The notes beneath the pieces were generated by a model. That model made no database searches. It worked only from the letters and a program-made list of their open reading frames with translations, and was not told the origin of the DNA. Below, piece by piece: positions 19,978 to 30,104 of a stretch of 64,000 bases of DNA. The stretch is taken from the IMG/VR virus record IMGVR_UViG_3300033064_004300. One strand, written 5' to 3'. Position 1 is the stretch's first letter. Each line of letters opens with the position of its first letter. Position numbers and translations under genes: made by a program. Source of the DNA: an uncultured virus (IMG/VR IMGVR_UViG_3300033064_004300) (taxonomy: Duplodnaviria > Heunggongvirae > Uroviricota > Caudoviricetes).

Positions 19978-22197
19978 ATGTCCACTGAGACTAGAAAGCG
20001 ATTTAACGAGATCCTGGAAGCCTCGCGTACCCAGGATCGGAGCAACCAATCGGCCACGATGGTTGTTCTGAGTCACCTACAGCAGATGACTCTTCTTATG
20101 ATTAAGAAGGGTGTCACGTTCTACTGTGATCAGGATACATATAAAAGTCGTTCACGCTTTTTAGACGATGTTATAAAACTCAATAAAATTGATATTAGAT
20201 TCCCGTCCATAATCCGGAATTTCTTAATTGACGGGTGCGGTCTCTTTTACTTCCGACCTGATCCCAAGTTAAAGTACCAGATTTACTTTTTTAATAAAAA
20301 TCAATACCGTGTTTACCATAATGTTAATGGTGAAGTGGATGAAGTCATTATTATCTACAGCTACAAAGTTAAGAATGCTAACTTAGGTCTACCGAGCACG
20401 TCAGCTGGTCAAAATAAACGTTATGTACGTCTTTCTATAACAGCAGACGAGATTAGTGAGGTTGAGACTGATAGCGAGCTAAGTTTTGACCTGGAACCTG
20501 GCGCAATATTGACACCAGGCAAGAAACGACCTAACACACTTGGATTTATCCCTGCCGTTGAAGTTTTAAATAAGCCAAATTCAAGTGGAACTGAGGGTGA
20601 AGGAGAGTTTGATCCTTTTATGGAGCAGATTGTGCTTCATGATCAACTTTCAAGGAATATTGCTAAAAATATTGAATTTTTTGGTAACCCAACGTTAATT
20701 AGTTCCCGTCCTCGTAGTGATCTTGTCGAAGCTGGAGATAGTCAGTCCACGTTTAGACCAACTATCAGTAGCCAGAGTGGTTTTGCTGGAATTGATAGTC
20801 CTTCGACTCGTGTAAGTGAACCTTTTGGCGCTTCGATGGGTGGTGGGCTACGTGTACCACGGATTATTGCGAACGTAGAGCCTTCTGACCGCGTGGGCTA
20901 TATGACGCCCGACCCCGTAAACGGGGATATGAATAGATACCTTTTGTTACTGCGGGAAGAAATCCGTACGGCACTTGGTGGTGTTGATGAAATTTCAATT
21001 TCCGCTGGTGCTACTGCAACCGAAATTAAAGGTTTAATGGGTCGGGCCCAAGCCACGGCGTTAAGAAAAAATAAATCATTTCTTGTTTACGGCTTTAATC
21101 GTCTCCTGGAGATGATGGTTTATCACCAAGAATTAATTTTTAGAGAGTCTTTTATTGCGGCTTCTGGTTTAAAAGAACCTAAGCCTCCTGCCGACCAGGA
21201 AGCTGAAACTGTTGAAAAGTATCAAGGTGCAACATTTAAGTTCGAATCAAAGTTAGACCAGGTGATGCGTGCAGCTTTGTCTGAGAATAAAGTGCCACGT
21301 GGAGTTATAGGGTTACCTGAAGATGGGGACCGTACAGTTACTTACAGGTATCAAGGTGATGTATATGAGGACACCGCATACGATGTTAACCAAAAATCAA
21401 TTGTTGTTCGCAACTTACAAGAGCTTGGTGTTGATAGCATAGAAGCTCTAAAGTTCTTATTTCCGGAGAAGACTGATTCTGAGCGAGCCGAAATGTTGAA
21501 AGGATTTCCTTTCCGAATGGTTCAACAAACTCAGTCTGCTATGCAACAATTTCTGGTATTATTACAACAGATGTTGCAGTCTCCTCATCCGCTTGCGCCT
21601 AACCAGCCACTTGCGTCTGATCCGAGACTTAATATCACTCCGCTAATTTACAGAACTTTCGACCATCTCGCGGAAGAACTAACCTATTCGGGTAGCTATG
21701 AGCCAGCAGATCCAAGCTTCGACCCCGAGCCCGGTCTCCCAGGCAATAGCCTCGGACCAGGGCTCAACCGCCTACCCCCAGTGGGTAGCCCAAGCCTCTA
21801 CCCCGGTGGTAGCTTCGGCAGCTACAGTCCAACAGCCGTCGCCGGGAATACCGGTTACGGGCCTTACTACCAACAGCCAGTTCAACCAGTTAACGTCTCA
21901 GTCTTCCCCCAACAATCCGTGGGAAGCAGCGATGGGTTCGCTGGAGCGGGTGCTTACTCAGATCAACTCGCCGTCGTCCCCCAGCCAGGCTCAACCGTCG
22001 CCTTACCTGGCGGCTCAGCAGCAGGCTACTCAACAGAGCAATCTGAGTTCACAGGTCCAACCTTGGGCTTACCAGGCACAGCAGGTAGCGCAGACCTTAC
22101 CTACCAACGTCTCACAAACCCAGAGTTCCTCGCCGACTTCTACGGGCCAGTCAAACGGCCTACACGGTCTAAGCCCCGCAACTCACGCCGTAGTTAA
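19978..22197 (+). CDS. portal protein with long low-complexity C-terminal extension
   Basis: size, position before scaffold and capsid, GFIPAVEVLN and 'EIRTALGGVDEISI' portal-like pattern. Confidence 0.75.
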   Translation: MSTETRKRFNEILEASRTQDRSNQSATMVVLSHLQQMTLLMIKKGVTFYCDQDTYKSRSRFLDDVIKLNKIDIRFPSIIRNFLIDGCGLFYFRPDPKLKYQIYFFNKNQYRVYHNVNGEVDEVIIIYSYKVKNANLGLPSTSAGQNKRYVRLSITADEISEVETDSELSFDLEPGAILTPGKKRPNTLGFIPAVEVLNKPNSSGTEGEGEFDPFMEQIVLHDQLSRNIAKNIEFFGNPTLISSRPRSDLVEAGDSQSTFRPTISSQSGFAGIDSPSTRVSEPFGASMGGGLRVPRIIANVEPSDRVGYMTPDPVNGDMNRYLLLLREEIRTALGGVDEISISAGATATEIKGLMGRAQATALRKNKSFLVYGFNRLLEMMVYHQELIFRESFIAASGLKEPKPPADQEAETVEKYQGATFKFESKLDQVMRAALSENKVPRGVIGLPEDGDRTVTYRYQGDVYEDTAYDVNQKSIVVRNLQELGVDSIEALKFLFPEKTDSERAEMLKGFPFRMVQQTQSAMQQFLVLLQQMLQSPHPLAPNQPLASDPRLNITPLIYRTFDHLAEELTYSGSYEPADPSFDPEPGLPGNSLGPGLNRLPPVGSPSLYPGGSFGSYSPTAVAGNTGYGPYYQQPVQPVNVSVFPQQSVGSSDGFAGAGAYSDQLAVVPQPGSTVALPGGSAAGYSTEQSEFTGPTLGLPGTAGSADLTYQRLTNPEFLADFYGPVKRPTRSKPRNSRRS

Positions 22198-22618
22198 TCA
22201 CTTCGGTATTGAGGCGCCTGGGATTCTCAATCAGTACTCATGTGCTCTTGAGGATATGCTGATGGACCAAGCTGGTCGCATGGACAACCTCACATTGCGT
22301 CACAACGCTATGGAGGTCATCCTGACCGATCCAGATCACCTAGCTAACTACACCGATCGCTTCTTTACCGAAGTTGTCCCCGTGGACATTGACTCTCCTA
22401 ATCAGGGTCAAGTAGCTCCACAGGCTTATCAGCCTCGCTATGACATGCCTGCTCCCCCTGCTAACGCTGGTGGTTCTGCTCAAGGAGTTGTTCCTCAGCA
22501 ACAGTGGGAAACGTTTGGTGATGTTATGAATCGTAGCCCTGAGAACGCTTGGCGTTATCTCAACCAGATGGGTCCTGAAGCTTTGCGTAGCAAACTTCTG
22601 TTTATGGACGCGGCTTAA
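21698..22618 (+). CDS. putative scaffolding protein
   Basis: Q/S/P-rich with helical core and C-terminal helix; lies between portal and capsid; followed by a terminator. Confidence 0.6.
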   Translation: MSQQIQASTPSPVSQAIASDQGSTAYPQWVAQASTPVVASAATVQQPSPGIPVTGLTTNSQFNQLTSQSSPNNPWEAAMGSLERVLTQINSPSSPSQAQPSPYLAAQQQATQQSNLSSQVQPWAYQAQQVAQTLPTNVSQTQSSSPTSTGQSNGLHGLSPATHAVVNHFGIEAPGILNQYSCALEDMLMDQAGRMDNLTLRHNAMEVILTDPDHLANYTDRFFTEVVPVDIDSPNQGQVAPQAYQPRYDMPAPPANAGGSAQGVVPQQQWETFGDVMNRSPENAWRYLNQMGPEALRSKLLFMDAA

Positions 22619-22642
22619 AATAACGTTAGATACTGAAATTGC

Positions 22643-22670
22643 CTCCCTTGGAAACAGGGGAGCTTTTTTT
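22643..22670 (+). terminator. intrinsic terminator
   Basis: CTCCCTTG-GAAA-CAGGGGAG followed by a T run. Confidence 0.85.
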
Positions 22671-22700
22671 TGCTAATGTAACTACACCAGCTAATTAATT

Positions 22701-22862
22701 ATGAGAGCTCTCGGAACCTTGCGTCGTAAACCTAGTCTTGAGACAGAAGTTAAAGAAGTCATAGTGACTCAACCTTCTATAACCGGATCTGTAGCTCTGA
22801 TTCCAGGTGAGGATCAAGAAGAACTATCTTCTAATTTTGATACGTCGGTTGAGTTGACCTGA
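22701..22862 (+). CDS. 53-aa hypothetical protein
   Basis: MRALGTLRRKPSLETEVKEV...; GCTAATGT -10-like motif upstream. Confidence 0.45.
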   Translation: MRALGTLRRKPSLETEVKEVIVTQPSITGSVALIPGEDQEELSSNFDTSVELT

Positions 22863-23176
22863 AGTTTGGCTATTTTCTTTTGAAGCATGTACTCGAAGTA
22901 TTTTTCGGCTGCATTTAATATACGAATGCCTGCGTAGCCGCATACAAATGAAGCAGCAATTGCTTCATTTTTGGTTAGTTTAAATTTCTCGTGGAAAGCA
23001 GGACTAACGAATGTGGCTAAAAATAAACCCACAACAGTTGTTTTTACAAGATAAGCAAACAACTTTGACCTCTTTTGTGGGTGAACTAAAGAGTCTGTTA
23101 TTGACCCTGAAAAACAGGCTATAGAAGCTTCCGGGTCTTCAAAAAAAATTGTTATAACTCTTTCGACCTGTACCAT
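22814..23176 (-). CDS. holin-like membrane protein
   Basis: 2-3 hydrophobic helices, AASFVCGYAG, basic C-terminal segment. Confidence 0.55.
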   Translation of the reverse strand: MVQVERVITIFFEDPEASIACFSGSITDSLVHPQKRSKLFAYLVKTTVVGLFLATFVSPAFHEKFKLTKNEAIAASFVCGYAGIRILNAAEKYFEYMLQKKIAKLQVNSTDVSKLEDSSS

Positions 23177-23239
23177 TGTCTTAAATAACTTCTTACGGAA
23201 TTCTAGAGGAGTAGAATTAAGATATACGCTATAACCCTC

Positions 23240-24052
23240 GTGGCTTACACTCCTTTAACAAACTGGAAGTACGACAAAAGTCTTTACCATCCAATACAGT
23301 CTGGCCCTCAGCGCACAGGAGATAACCAAAACTTAACTAACACGTATAAACTCGTTTCTAGCGGTTATATTCTTCCTAACGGAGTTCAGCAGAATTGGTT
23401 TGGTGTTAATTTTGAGGGTGCAGATTTTGGCCGCATTCCTGTAGGACCTGTAAACATTAGTGGCTACTTAAATACGGAGTGGCGAGCCGTACCTCCTGCT
23501 GTCTCTGGCTACTGGACAAATTACGAAAACTCGTTGCCACACGCTTCAGGGTTACTTGATACTTACGTAGGATTTCGGGCGCAAGGACGATACAGTGTTG
23601 CCGGTCGAAATGTTCAAACTGCTCTTGGGCCTCAACCTGGCTTAAGGGACTTTGGCGCCTATACCTGGTTTGGGGCAGGCGTCCCTGACAACCAAGCTTA
23701 TTCTCCTTTCAATACGCCAAGTAGCAATGAACCTTACAGATACGACGCTGACTTAGGTGAGTTTGTAGGAGAAGGAAGCACAGGTGGTCCGGGTACTTAT
23801 CAGCGTGTACGGTACCCAGCACTTACCAACCCCACTAATGACGATTCAGGTTCTCGCGCCGCGTGGGTTTATAGTCCCCCTGTATATTGTCAAGTTTTTA
23901 CTGAGGCTAGTCGAAGTAATTTACCTGGTCAAATGGGAGTAGTTGTTCGCTCTCAGTATCGAGGTAAATCTACGCGATATGTGCCAAATTATGGGTCAGT
24001 GTATGGTGTGCTGGGTGAAGGCATTCGTAACACAATTAGAAAAATTGGTTAA
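23240..24052 (+). CDS. putative virion structural protein
   Basis: 270 aa, G/Y/P-rich, six SG motifs, directly upstream of the capsid gene. Confidence 0.6.
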   Translation: MAYTPLTNWKYDKSLYHPIQSGPQRTGDNQNLTNTYKLVSSGYILPNGVQQNWFGVNFEGADFGRIPVGPVNISGYLNTEWRAVPPAVSGYWTNYENSLPHASGLLDTYVGFRAQGRYSVAGRNVQTALGPQPGLRDFGAYTWFGAGVPDNQAYSPFNTPSSNEPYRYDADLGEFVGEGSTGGPGTYQRVRYPALTNPTNDDSGSRAAWVYSPPVYCQVFTEASRSNLPGQMGVVVRSQYRGKSTRYVPNYGSVYGVLGEGIRNTIRKIG

Positions 24053-24136
24053 CCACTAAAACTGCGACAAGTTTTCTGTCCTATTAATACAATATGGAGT
24101 TAATATTGATCTTGTAGTTTCTTCGAGAATTTATCG

Positions 24137-25252
24137 ATGTTTATCGATAATGATTTTCCGAAGATTCTTGGTGCCGAGCTGTACCGTCCTCACCCTGCAT
24201 ACATCGTTGAGATGGCTGCGGAACCAGTGGTGGTACATGACTTCAGTAAGCAGCCAGGACAGACTGTGCAGCTTGACCGTTACCGTTTCTTCGGTAACCC
24301 CGGCTCCAAAGAATCTCGCGAGCGCACTGCCGAACAGACCATCGGTACTGCAAACAGTCGCAACATTGTAAAGGACAAGGTGCAGGTGACTCTGAAGGAG
24401 TACACCGGACCCGCCGATCCTGGTGATCCAACTCAGCCAAGCACTTTCAAAATTGCTCGCGAGACTCTGATCACTGCCCAGCGTCTTTTACTAGACACAG
24501 GCAACCTCACAACCTTTCACCAATCTATTGGTAGCCTGACCCTGCTCGACGATTATCGTCGTTGGCGCGATCGGGTGTTCATTAACGAACTCCTGAAAGC
24601 TGTTTCTAAAGGTCAGTCTTCTGATTCGTCCGGCGGTTACTATTTCCCTGGCGATCTGACTGTTGGTGGTCTTACCTACACCAACGCCGAACAAGCCAAG
24701 TTCGACATTAAGGATGACCTATTGCGCGTGGTGAAGAGCCTGCGTAAGAGGAACACTCCTACTTTCCAAGATGGTTTCTATCGCTGTGTTTGCGATCCTA
24801 CCTTCTTGATGCACCTGCGTCAGAACAGTGACTTCCGTGAAGTTGCTCGTTATCCTGGCAATGGTCAAATCAACCCACTTATGTCCGGTATGCAGCCTAA
24901 CGCTGCGCTGTACATGGGTCAGGGCTTTGGGCAAGCCACTTTTGTGGCTGGCGAACCAATTATGCCCACAGGATTTGTGTTTGAGGGTGTGCGCTTCTTC
25001 GAAAGCACCAACATGCCTACACAGACACAAACTGCGACAATCGCAAGTAACAGCAAAGCGTACAACTCTGCAATTGGCATCTTCTTCGGACCTCAATCCT
25101 CAGGAGTTGGCATTGGCGGTAACAACGCCCAAGTGTTGCTGAACAACAATGATGACTTCAGTCGTTTCATCATGATGATTTGGAGCCTGTACGCAGGTTT
25201 CGAACTTCTGAACGCTGATTTCGTTACTGTTGCCTACTCTTTCGACGCTTGA
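24137..25252 (+). CDS. major capsid protein (HK97 fold, N4-gp56-like)
   Basis: DFSKQPGQTV, TLKEYG-like motif, CDP....LR, G..EGVRFFEST, W.LYAGF..LN; C-ending codon bias. Confidence 0.88.
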   Translation: MFIDNDFPKILGAELYRPHPAYIVEMAAEPVVVHDFSKQPGQTVQLDRYRFFGNPGSKESRERTAEQTIGTANSRNIVKDKVQVTLKEYTGPADPGDPTQPSTFKIARETLITAQRLLLDTGNLTTFHQSIGSLTLLDDYRRWRDRVFINELLKAVSKGQSSDSSGGYYFPGDLTVGGLTYTNAEQAKFDIKDDLLRVVKSLRKRNTPTFQDGFYRCVCDPTFLMHLRQNSDFREVARYPGNGQINPLMSGMQPNAALYMGQGFGQATFVAGEPIMPTGFVFEGVRFFESTNMPTQTQTATIASNSKAYNSAIGIFFGPQSSGVGIGGNNAQVLLNNNDDFSRFIMMIWSLYAGFELLNADFVTVAYSFDA

Positions 25253-25266
25253 GGAGGTAACTAAAC

Positions 25267-26145
25267 ATGGCTATCGCTACTAATCAACTGTCAGTTTCCA
25301 AGATTTATCCTGGTAACTACACCAACGTTCTTCGTTATTGGCACGAAGAAAAAACCGTTCAGTATGACGATGCGAACGGTGTTTCAACCAACCTGACCAA
25401 CCAGCCCGTGGGCGGTCCTGTTGGTGTTGTTTTCCGTCCTGGTTGGATTGCTCAACAAGCAATCGGTTATGTCGACTTGAGCTATCAAGCTCTTGGAACG
25501 AATAATCAACTTGAGTACTACACCCTTCCTTATGGTTCGGGTTCAAACAGTGCTCAGCAACCCTTCCTCAACGCTAACGTTATCATTCCGTCACCTGATT
25601 TCCACAAGGATATCCGTGCTGACATCACGAATGGTATTATCGTTCCTGCGTCTGGGTATGTCTATCGTGCGTCTTTACGTGTCGATGGTGGGGACCTTGT
25701 TAGCTCTGGTGTCGCCGGTGGCAGTGCAACTCCTCAAGTTACACTGATTCCCGCTGTTGGCGCAGGACTACGTGACGACGGTACTGTAGTATCCGGTCAG
25801 TTTGGTTGTTCTATTCTTGGAGCAGCCAGTCGGATTCCTAACGGAAGCACTAATTCTGTAAATATCTTTAATAGCAGCAGTTTGGCTGCTCTTCCTAGCG
25901 CCACGACCTGGAAATTGTTCACCACAAGAACTTTTGGTGCCAATACTGCTTCCGGTCTTTATCAAGGTTCGGGTGTCTATGATCCCCGTGCCGGTACTGG
26001 AAGGCTCTTCGGTGCAAATAAATCTTTAGCAATCTGCGAAGTTTGCTGGATTCTGCCCGATCAAGCTCCTGAGCGTTCTGATGTTGCTCTGCAACCTGCT
26101 GGTGTAATTGAGTCAAGTATCTTTACTTCTACCTCTCCTTCCTGA
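25267..26145 (+). CDS. putative capsid decoration / minor capsid protein
   Basis: strong SD GGAGG right after the capsid stop; beta-rich; shares the downstream terminator. Confidence 0.65.
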   Translation: MAIATNQLSVSKIYPGNYTNVLRYWHEEKTVQYDDANGVSTNLTNQPVGGPVGVVFRPGWIAQQAIGYVDLSYQALGTNNQLEYYTLPYGSGSNSAQQPFLNANVIIPSPDFHKDIRADITNGIIVPASGYVYRASLRVDGGDLVSSGVAGGSATPQVTLIPAVGAGLRDDGTVVSGQFGCSILGAASRIPNGSTNSVNIFNSSSLAALPSATTWKLFTTRTFGANTASGLYQGSGVYDPRAGTGRLFGANKSLAICEVCWILPDQAPERSDVALQPAGVIESSIFTSTSPS

Positions 26146-26170
26146 TTAAGTCAGAAGACACCAAAATTAA

Positions 26171-26199
26171 TGCCCCTCTACCAAGAGGGGTATTTTTTT
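26171..26199 (+). terminator. intrinsic terminator
   Basis: TGCCCCTCT-ACCA-AGAGGGGTA followed by a T run. Confidence 0.85.
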
Positions 26200-26218
26200 A
26201 TATTGACTTTTCAATATA

Positions 26219-26536
26219 TTGTGTTGGGTTTTTTCTACAAACTGGCAAAGTGTAGGGGATCTCTACACGGTGCCTTCTGTGGACGAGCGTGAGCTGTCTG
26301 ATCTGAAACTCTGCCGGAAAGAATGTTCCCGTTGTGGTGCCACGTGGCTAAATAATGTTCACCACTGGCGTACGGGTAAGCGAGGAAGCGAATTAGATCT
26401 TGCCGGATTGGTTTGTAACCAGATAAAGGCAACAGAGTGCATAAATCCAGCCAGGGGGCGTACGGGAGGTGACACCTGGGAAAAAAGAGCTGAGTTTATT
26501 CGTAACTTTGATTGGAAATCAAAAGTTTCTGAGTAA
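26219..26536 (+). CDS. Cys-motif conserved cyanophage-type hypothetical protein
   Basis: CSRCGATWLN..H.W.TG..G.ELDLAGLVCN...CINP..GGDTWEKR; true start probably downstream. Confidence 0.65.
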   Translation: MCWVFSTNWQSVGDLYTVPSVDERELSDLKLCRKECSRCGATWLNNVHHWRTGKRGSELDLAGLVCNQIKATECINPARGRTGGDTWEKRAEFIRNFDWKSKVSE

Positions 26537-26594
26537 ATAGCTTTGTTTTTACTAGAGTTTGCCTTACACTACTGTACACATAGTGACTCAGCCC

Positions 26595-27050
26595 ATGACA
26601 GCCAGCGTGTACAAGCCCAGTGGCGTCAAGATTGAAATTTTATCGGAGTACGACGAGGGCGACTACTTGATGGTTAGGTCAAACACAACAGGGAAAGTGT
26701 TTTTTGCTCACAAAGAGCAAGTTGGTGAGCTTTTAGAAGATGACAGCCCTAAGCCAGCATCAAATCATGTGGCTACACGACGAAATCGTCGGGCTTTGAA
26801 GGATGAACCTGAAAAACTTCCGATTATTAAGCCTTTACCACCTGCGGACACCCGTATAAACCTAAATACACTCACTCCTGAAGGTCTTACACAATGTTTA
26901 CCTGGTGTGGGCCTTAAAACCGCTAAAGAAATTGTTGAACTGCGTCAATCCTTACCAGGTGAGCGATTTATCAAATTAGATCAGCTTAATTCGATTAAAC
27001 GAGTTGATTGGGATGAAGTATTTGCAACTGGTTCAGTGTATGTAGAGTAA
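26595..27050 (+). CDS. helix-hairpin-helix (ComEA-like) DNA-binding protein
   Basis: RINLNT.T.E.L...LPGVG.KTA.EIV..R....F..LDQL. Confidence 0.8.
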   Translation: MTASVYKPSGVKIEILSEYDEGDYLMVRSNTTGKVFFAHKEQVGELLEDDSPKPASNHVATRRNRRALKDEPEKLPIIKPLPPADTRINLNTLTPEGLTQCLPGVGLKTAKEIVELRQSLPGERFIKLDQLNSIKRVDWDEVFATGSVYVE

Positions 27051-27122
27051 TATCTGAGCTAACAGACTTATTTTTTTAGTTTATCAAAACGCAGTAGACT
27101 GTAAAGCAGCGGTTTCATCTTT

Positions 27123-27743
27123 GTGGCCCAATTTAGCGTACAAGAACTAGAACAACTGCAGAGCTACCTTGCTCAGCAGGGAGTTGTATTTCAACCTACA
27201 ACTACAGACGCCACTAAACGTGAGACGATTTACGCTGCTGTAAATCAACTAACTAGAAATCCCGCTCAGGTTTTTGGTTACGCTCTAGATGACTTTAACT
27301 TTAGTCGCACTGCGTATCACCTTGCGTACAACATTGCTACGGTACCTGCCGGTGATTACGCTCGTTTACTAGAAGCATGTAATAGCGTTCCGAGTGAGTT
27401 TTATTACGATAAAATTATTCAACAAATTGAACGATGTGAGGAAGCTGAGCGTCTTACTGAGCTTGCTACAGGTCGCGCAACAAGTAGACAAGAAACAATT
27501 TTAGGTGACGTATCCCGTTCGATCAATATTCAAGATAAACGCGAAACATCTCGAATTTGGCGTGAGAACTATTTGTATGAGTGCGACCGACTAGCTCAAA
27601 TGCTTTATGTTCCAAACTATCGGGACCCCGTAGCGTCTAGATATAGATTTGAGCGTTCCGGCGGAGAATTTATTCAAGCTATTCCTGGTCCACCTGATGT
27701 GTCACGTTCCGATAGACTCTATTTTTACGCCAATTGGCGGTAG
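27123..27743 (+). CDS. putative head completion / adaptor protein
   Basis: helical 206-aa ORF after the capsid module; function from position only. Confidence 0.5.
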   Translation: MAQFSVQELEQLQSYLAQQGVVFQPTTTDATKRETIYAAVNQLTRNPAQVFGYALDDFNFSRTAYHLAYNIATVPAGDYARLLEACNSVPSEFYYDKIIQQIERCEEAERLTELATGRATSRQETILGDVSRSINIQDKRETSRIWRENYLYECDRLAQMLYVPNYRDPVASRYRFERSGGEFIQAIPGPPDVSRSDRLYFYANWR

Positions 27744-27774
27744 ACTTACTCTATTAGTTACTGGTTTGTAGCGT

Positions 27775-29490
27775 ATGAGTTTCGCACGCGGTCTAGGTAA
27801 TGAACTAGGTAGTGGTTTGTTTAACGCCTTAAAACAGTCATTCACTCCCCCCGTGGCACAAAGACTGTTACGTCGTCTTTTACCTAATTTAGCTGGCCCA
27901 CGTGCTCCTATCTCAGCTGCAGATAGAGCTTTAAGTAATACACTACGGGAAGCTTCAGGACGTATTCCTATCTCACCTGCAGACGTAAATTTAGCAGCAA
28001 GAATACGGCAGATTCCGCAACTTCGTCGGGGTGAGATTATTGACGACATTCGTAACGTAGCTCCACCAGCACGTCCAATTCCTACATCAGCTGAGAATAC
28101 TCTCCAAGGTACGTTTCTCAGACCTGGTCCTGGTGAGGTAGCAGGTCAAGCTCGCTTACGATACAGACCTGGAACTCCAGGGGTTGGCGGTACAAAACTG
28201 GGTAATAAAACGTATGGGGAGGGAGCTCAAGTTGGTGTACGCCAAGGTCCTGTCCCTCCTCCAAATAGATTAAATCTTGATGAGATGAGGGCACAGGAGA
28301 GGCTTGCTAGACAGATGGAGTTTGAACAGGGTGTTCCTATTTCTCGTCCAGGTGAAGTTCGTGGACGATCTTTCTTTAACGAACCTGATCCGTTTACCGG
28401 TCGCATGGAGATAGATCCACGTATAAATCCTTACCCTACAAGTCGAGTTGTTTTAGACGCAGCTGGTAATGTAGTTGACGATATACCCGCAGCTGTTGTA
28501 AACCCAAGAACTTTCTTACCTAATTTGCAAAGACCCTCGGTACCAGTTAGAGAAGCAGATGAAATATTAGCTGCTGGATTGCGTAATGCAGCCGGTGGTG
28601 TTCGGATGGCTGACTTGAACGTGATGCTTAGAGACCCAGTTTTTCGTGCCGGAATAATCGGGGCAGGTGCAGTTGGCGCAGGTGTGGGGGTGTATAACAC
28701 TTTTTCTAACAATGAGGGATCGGCACCTCTGGGGCAGCAACCCTCAACTACAAGCCCTCCCCCTGGTGAACCTCCCGTGTCGCCCACGAGCTTAAACCCG
28801 ACTCCAAATGTATTAGTCCGTGAGAATGACGGAACAATGTTGGGTTCTTTAGATTCCGCAACTACTTCTCAATTACAACCAGGATTACCTCCACCAGCTC
28901 CAAGACTCCCTGACCCCACTGCGCCCGCTCGCGTAACAACTACAGGATCAATGGGGGCAGATAGTGATCGACGTAGTCAACTGGCGCAATACTCACCTCG
29001 AGCTGCTGCAGTAAATAGAGCAGTTGAACCTCGTAGCCCTGAGAACTATAGGAGCGCAGAAGAATATTATGCTGCTAGAGAAGCATATACACAACAAGCG
29101 CCTGTTCGTCAAGCTTTAATGAAGTATGTCGAGGGTACTTCTTCTGATCCAACCGAAGCCGCAGCTCTTCGCACTTGGGCGCAGTCATATCCAATGCTGG
29201 CTTATCAACTCCAACAGCAGAATCTGGCCAACCCAGAGGCAAATCAACAGAGTGGACAGTCTGTCATGACAACCCGTGTGGTTACACCTATGGGTTCTGA
29301 TACACCTACAAACGCTATTGGTAATGTGGAAGCTACTACTGCCGCTTCAGTTGATCCAAATCAAGGTAATTTTGAATTAGTTGATGCGACTCGACCTATG
29401 GAACAACCTCGGTTACAACCGCAAGAAGCCTTTATGGAAGAATTTTTACGGCGGATGAGTGATCCACGCCGTGAGATGCCTTATCAATAA
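27775..29490 (+). CDS. Pro/Arg-rich protein with central hydrophobic segment, putative ejection protein
   Basis: 571 aa; AGIIGAGAVGAGVGVY. Confidence 0.6.
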   Translation: MSFARGLGNELGSGLFNALKQSFTPPVAQRLLRRLLPNLAGPRAPISAADRALSNTLREASGRIPISPADVNLAARIRQIPQLRRGEIIDDIRNVAPPARPIPTSAENTLQGTFLRPGPGEVAGQARLRYRPGTPGVGGTKLGNKTYGEGAQVGVRQGPVPPPNRLNLDEMRAQERLARQMEFEQGVPISRPGEVRGRSFFNEPDPFTGRMEIDPRINPYPTSRVVLDAAGNVVDDIPAAVVNPRTFLPNLQRPSVPVREADEILAAGLRNAAGGVRMADLNVMLRDPVFRAGIIGAGAVGAGVGVYNTFSNNEGSAPLGQQPSTTSPPPGEPPVSPTSLNPTPNVLVRENDGTMLGSLDSATTSQLQPGLPPPAPRLPDPTAPARVTTTGSMGADSDRRSQLAQYSPRAAAVNRAVEPRSPENYRSAEEYYAAREAYTQQAPVRQALMKYVEGTSSDPTEAAALRTWAQSYPMLAYQLQQQNLANPEANQQSGQSVMTTRVVTPMGSDTPTNAIGNVEATTAASVDPNQGNFELVDATRPMEQPRLQPQEAFMEEFLRRMSDPRREMPYQ

Positions 29491-29522
29491 AGAGTTAAAC
29501 TTATAACACTCCGAGGTAATTT

Positions 29523-30092
29523 ATGACTAATTTTTACGGTCGAGATTTTGGAGATCGCGCACGTTCTATAAACGCTTACTCTCCAGATTTTGGGTACAAA
29601 GGAGGGTTTTACGCTCCACCAACATATGGCGAGGGGTATACACAGGCTGGAGGTTATGGTGACTTCGTGGGCGGGGAATTTGGTGTTGTCGCTCGAGATC
29701 CTAGTCTTATAGATATTGTAAGTGGGATCGCAGATTTATCCGAGAAGGCTGCTGACGCCTATCGTACTGCGAGAGGTTTCCCTACTAAGTATGCTAAAAC
29801 TCGCTATGCGGGCGATGGGCTTCGCACAGGATTAACTCAGAGACAAGATGCACGTGCGCAAGCACAACGAGCGGGCACTGGTGGAGTTGGCGCTGAAGCT
29901 ATGGCCGCTGCAATCGGTACTCCTGATCCGTCTATTAACACTGATATTCTTAAAGAACTTCTTTTCTCGCCGAATGCTTTAAAAAGACTTTTTTCTGGAA
30001 ATTCTTCCACTACAATTGATCCTAACCGCATCAATGCGGCTCTTGGCAGCTCCGGGCCTCAAGCGATTACTGTTGAACCCTACCGTCCTTAA
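29523..30092 (+). CDS. hypothetical protein
   Basis: GAGG SD; GTTAAACT at 29494. Confidence 0.7.
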   Translation: MTNFYGRDFGDRARSINAYSPDFGYKGGFYAPPTYGEGYTQAGGYGDFVGGEFGVVARDPSLIDIVSGIADLSEKAADAYRTARGFPTKYAKTRYAGDGLRTGLTQRQDARAQAQRAGTGGVGAEAMAAAIGTPDPSINTDILKELLFSPNALKRLFSGNSSTTIDPNRINAALGSSGPQAITVEPYRP

Positions 30093-30104
30093 GGTTTTAA
30101 TCCC

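Noticed and set aside
26595..27050. HhH protein as photosystem PsbU
   Set aside because: No signal peptide, and its position after the capsid genes fits a generic DNA-binding HhH protein.
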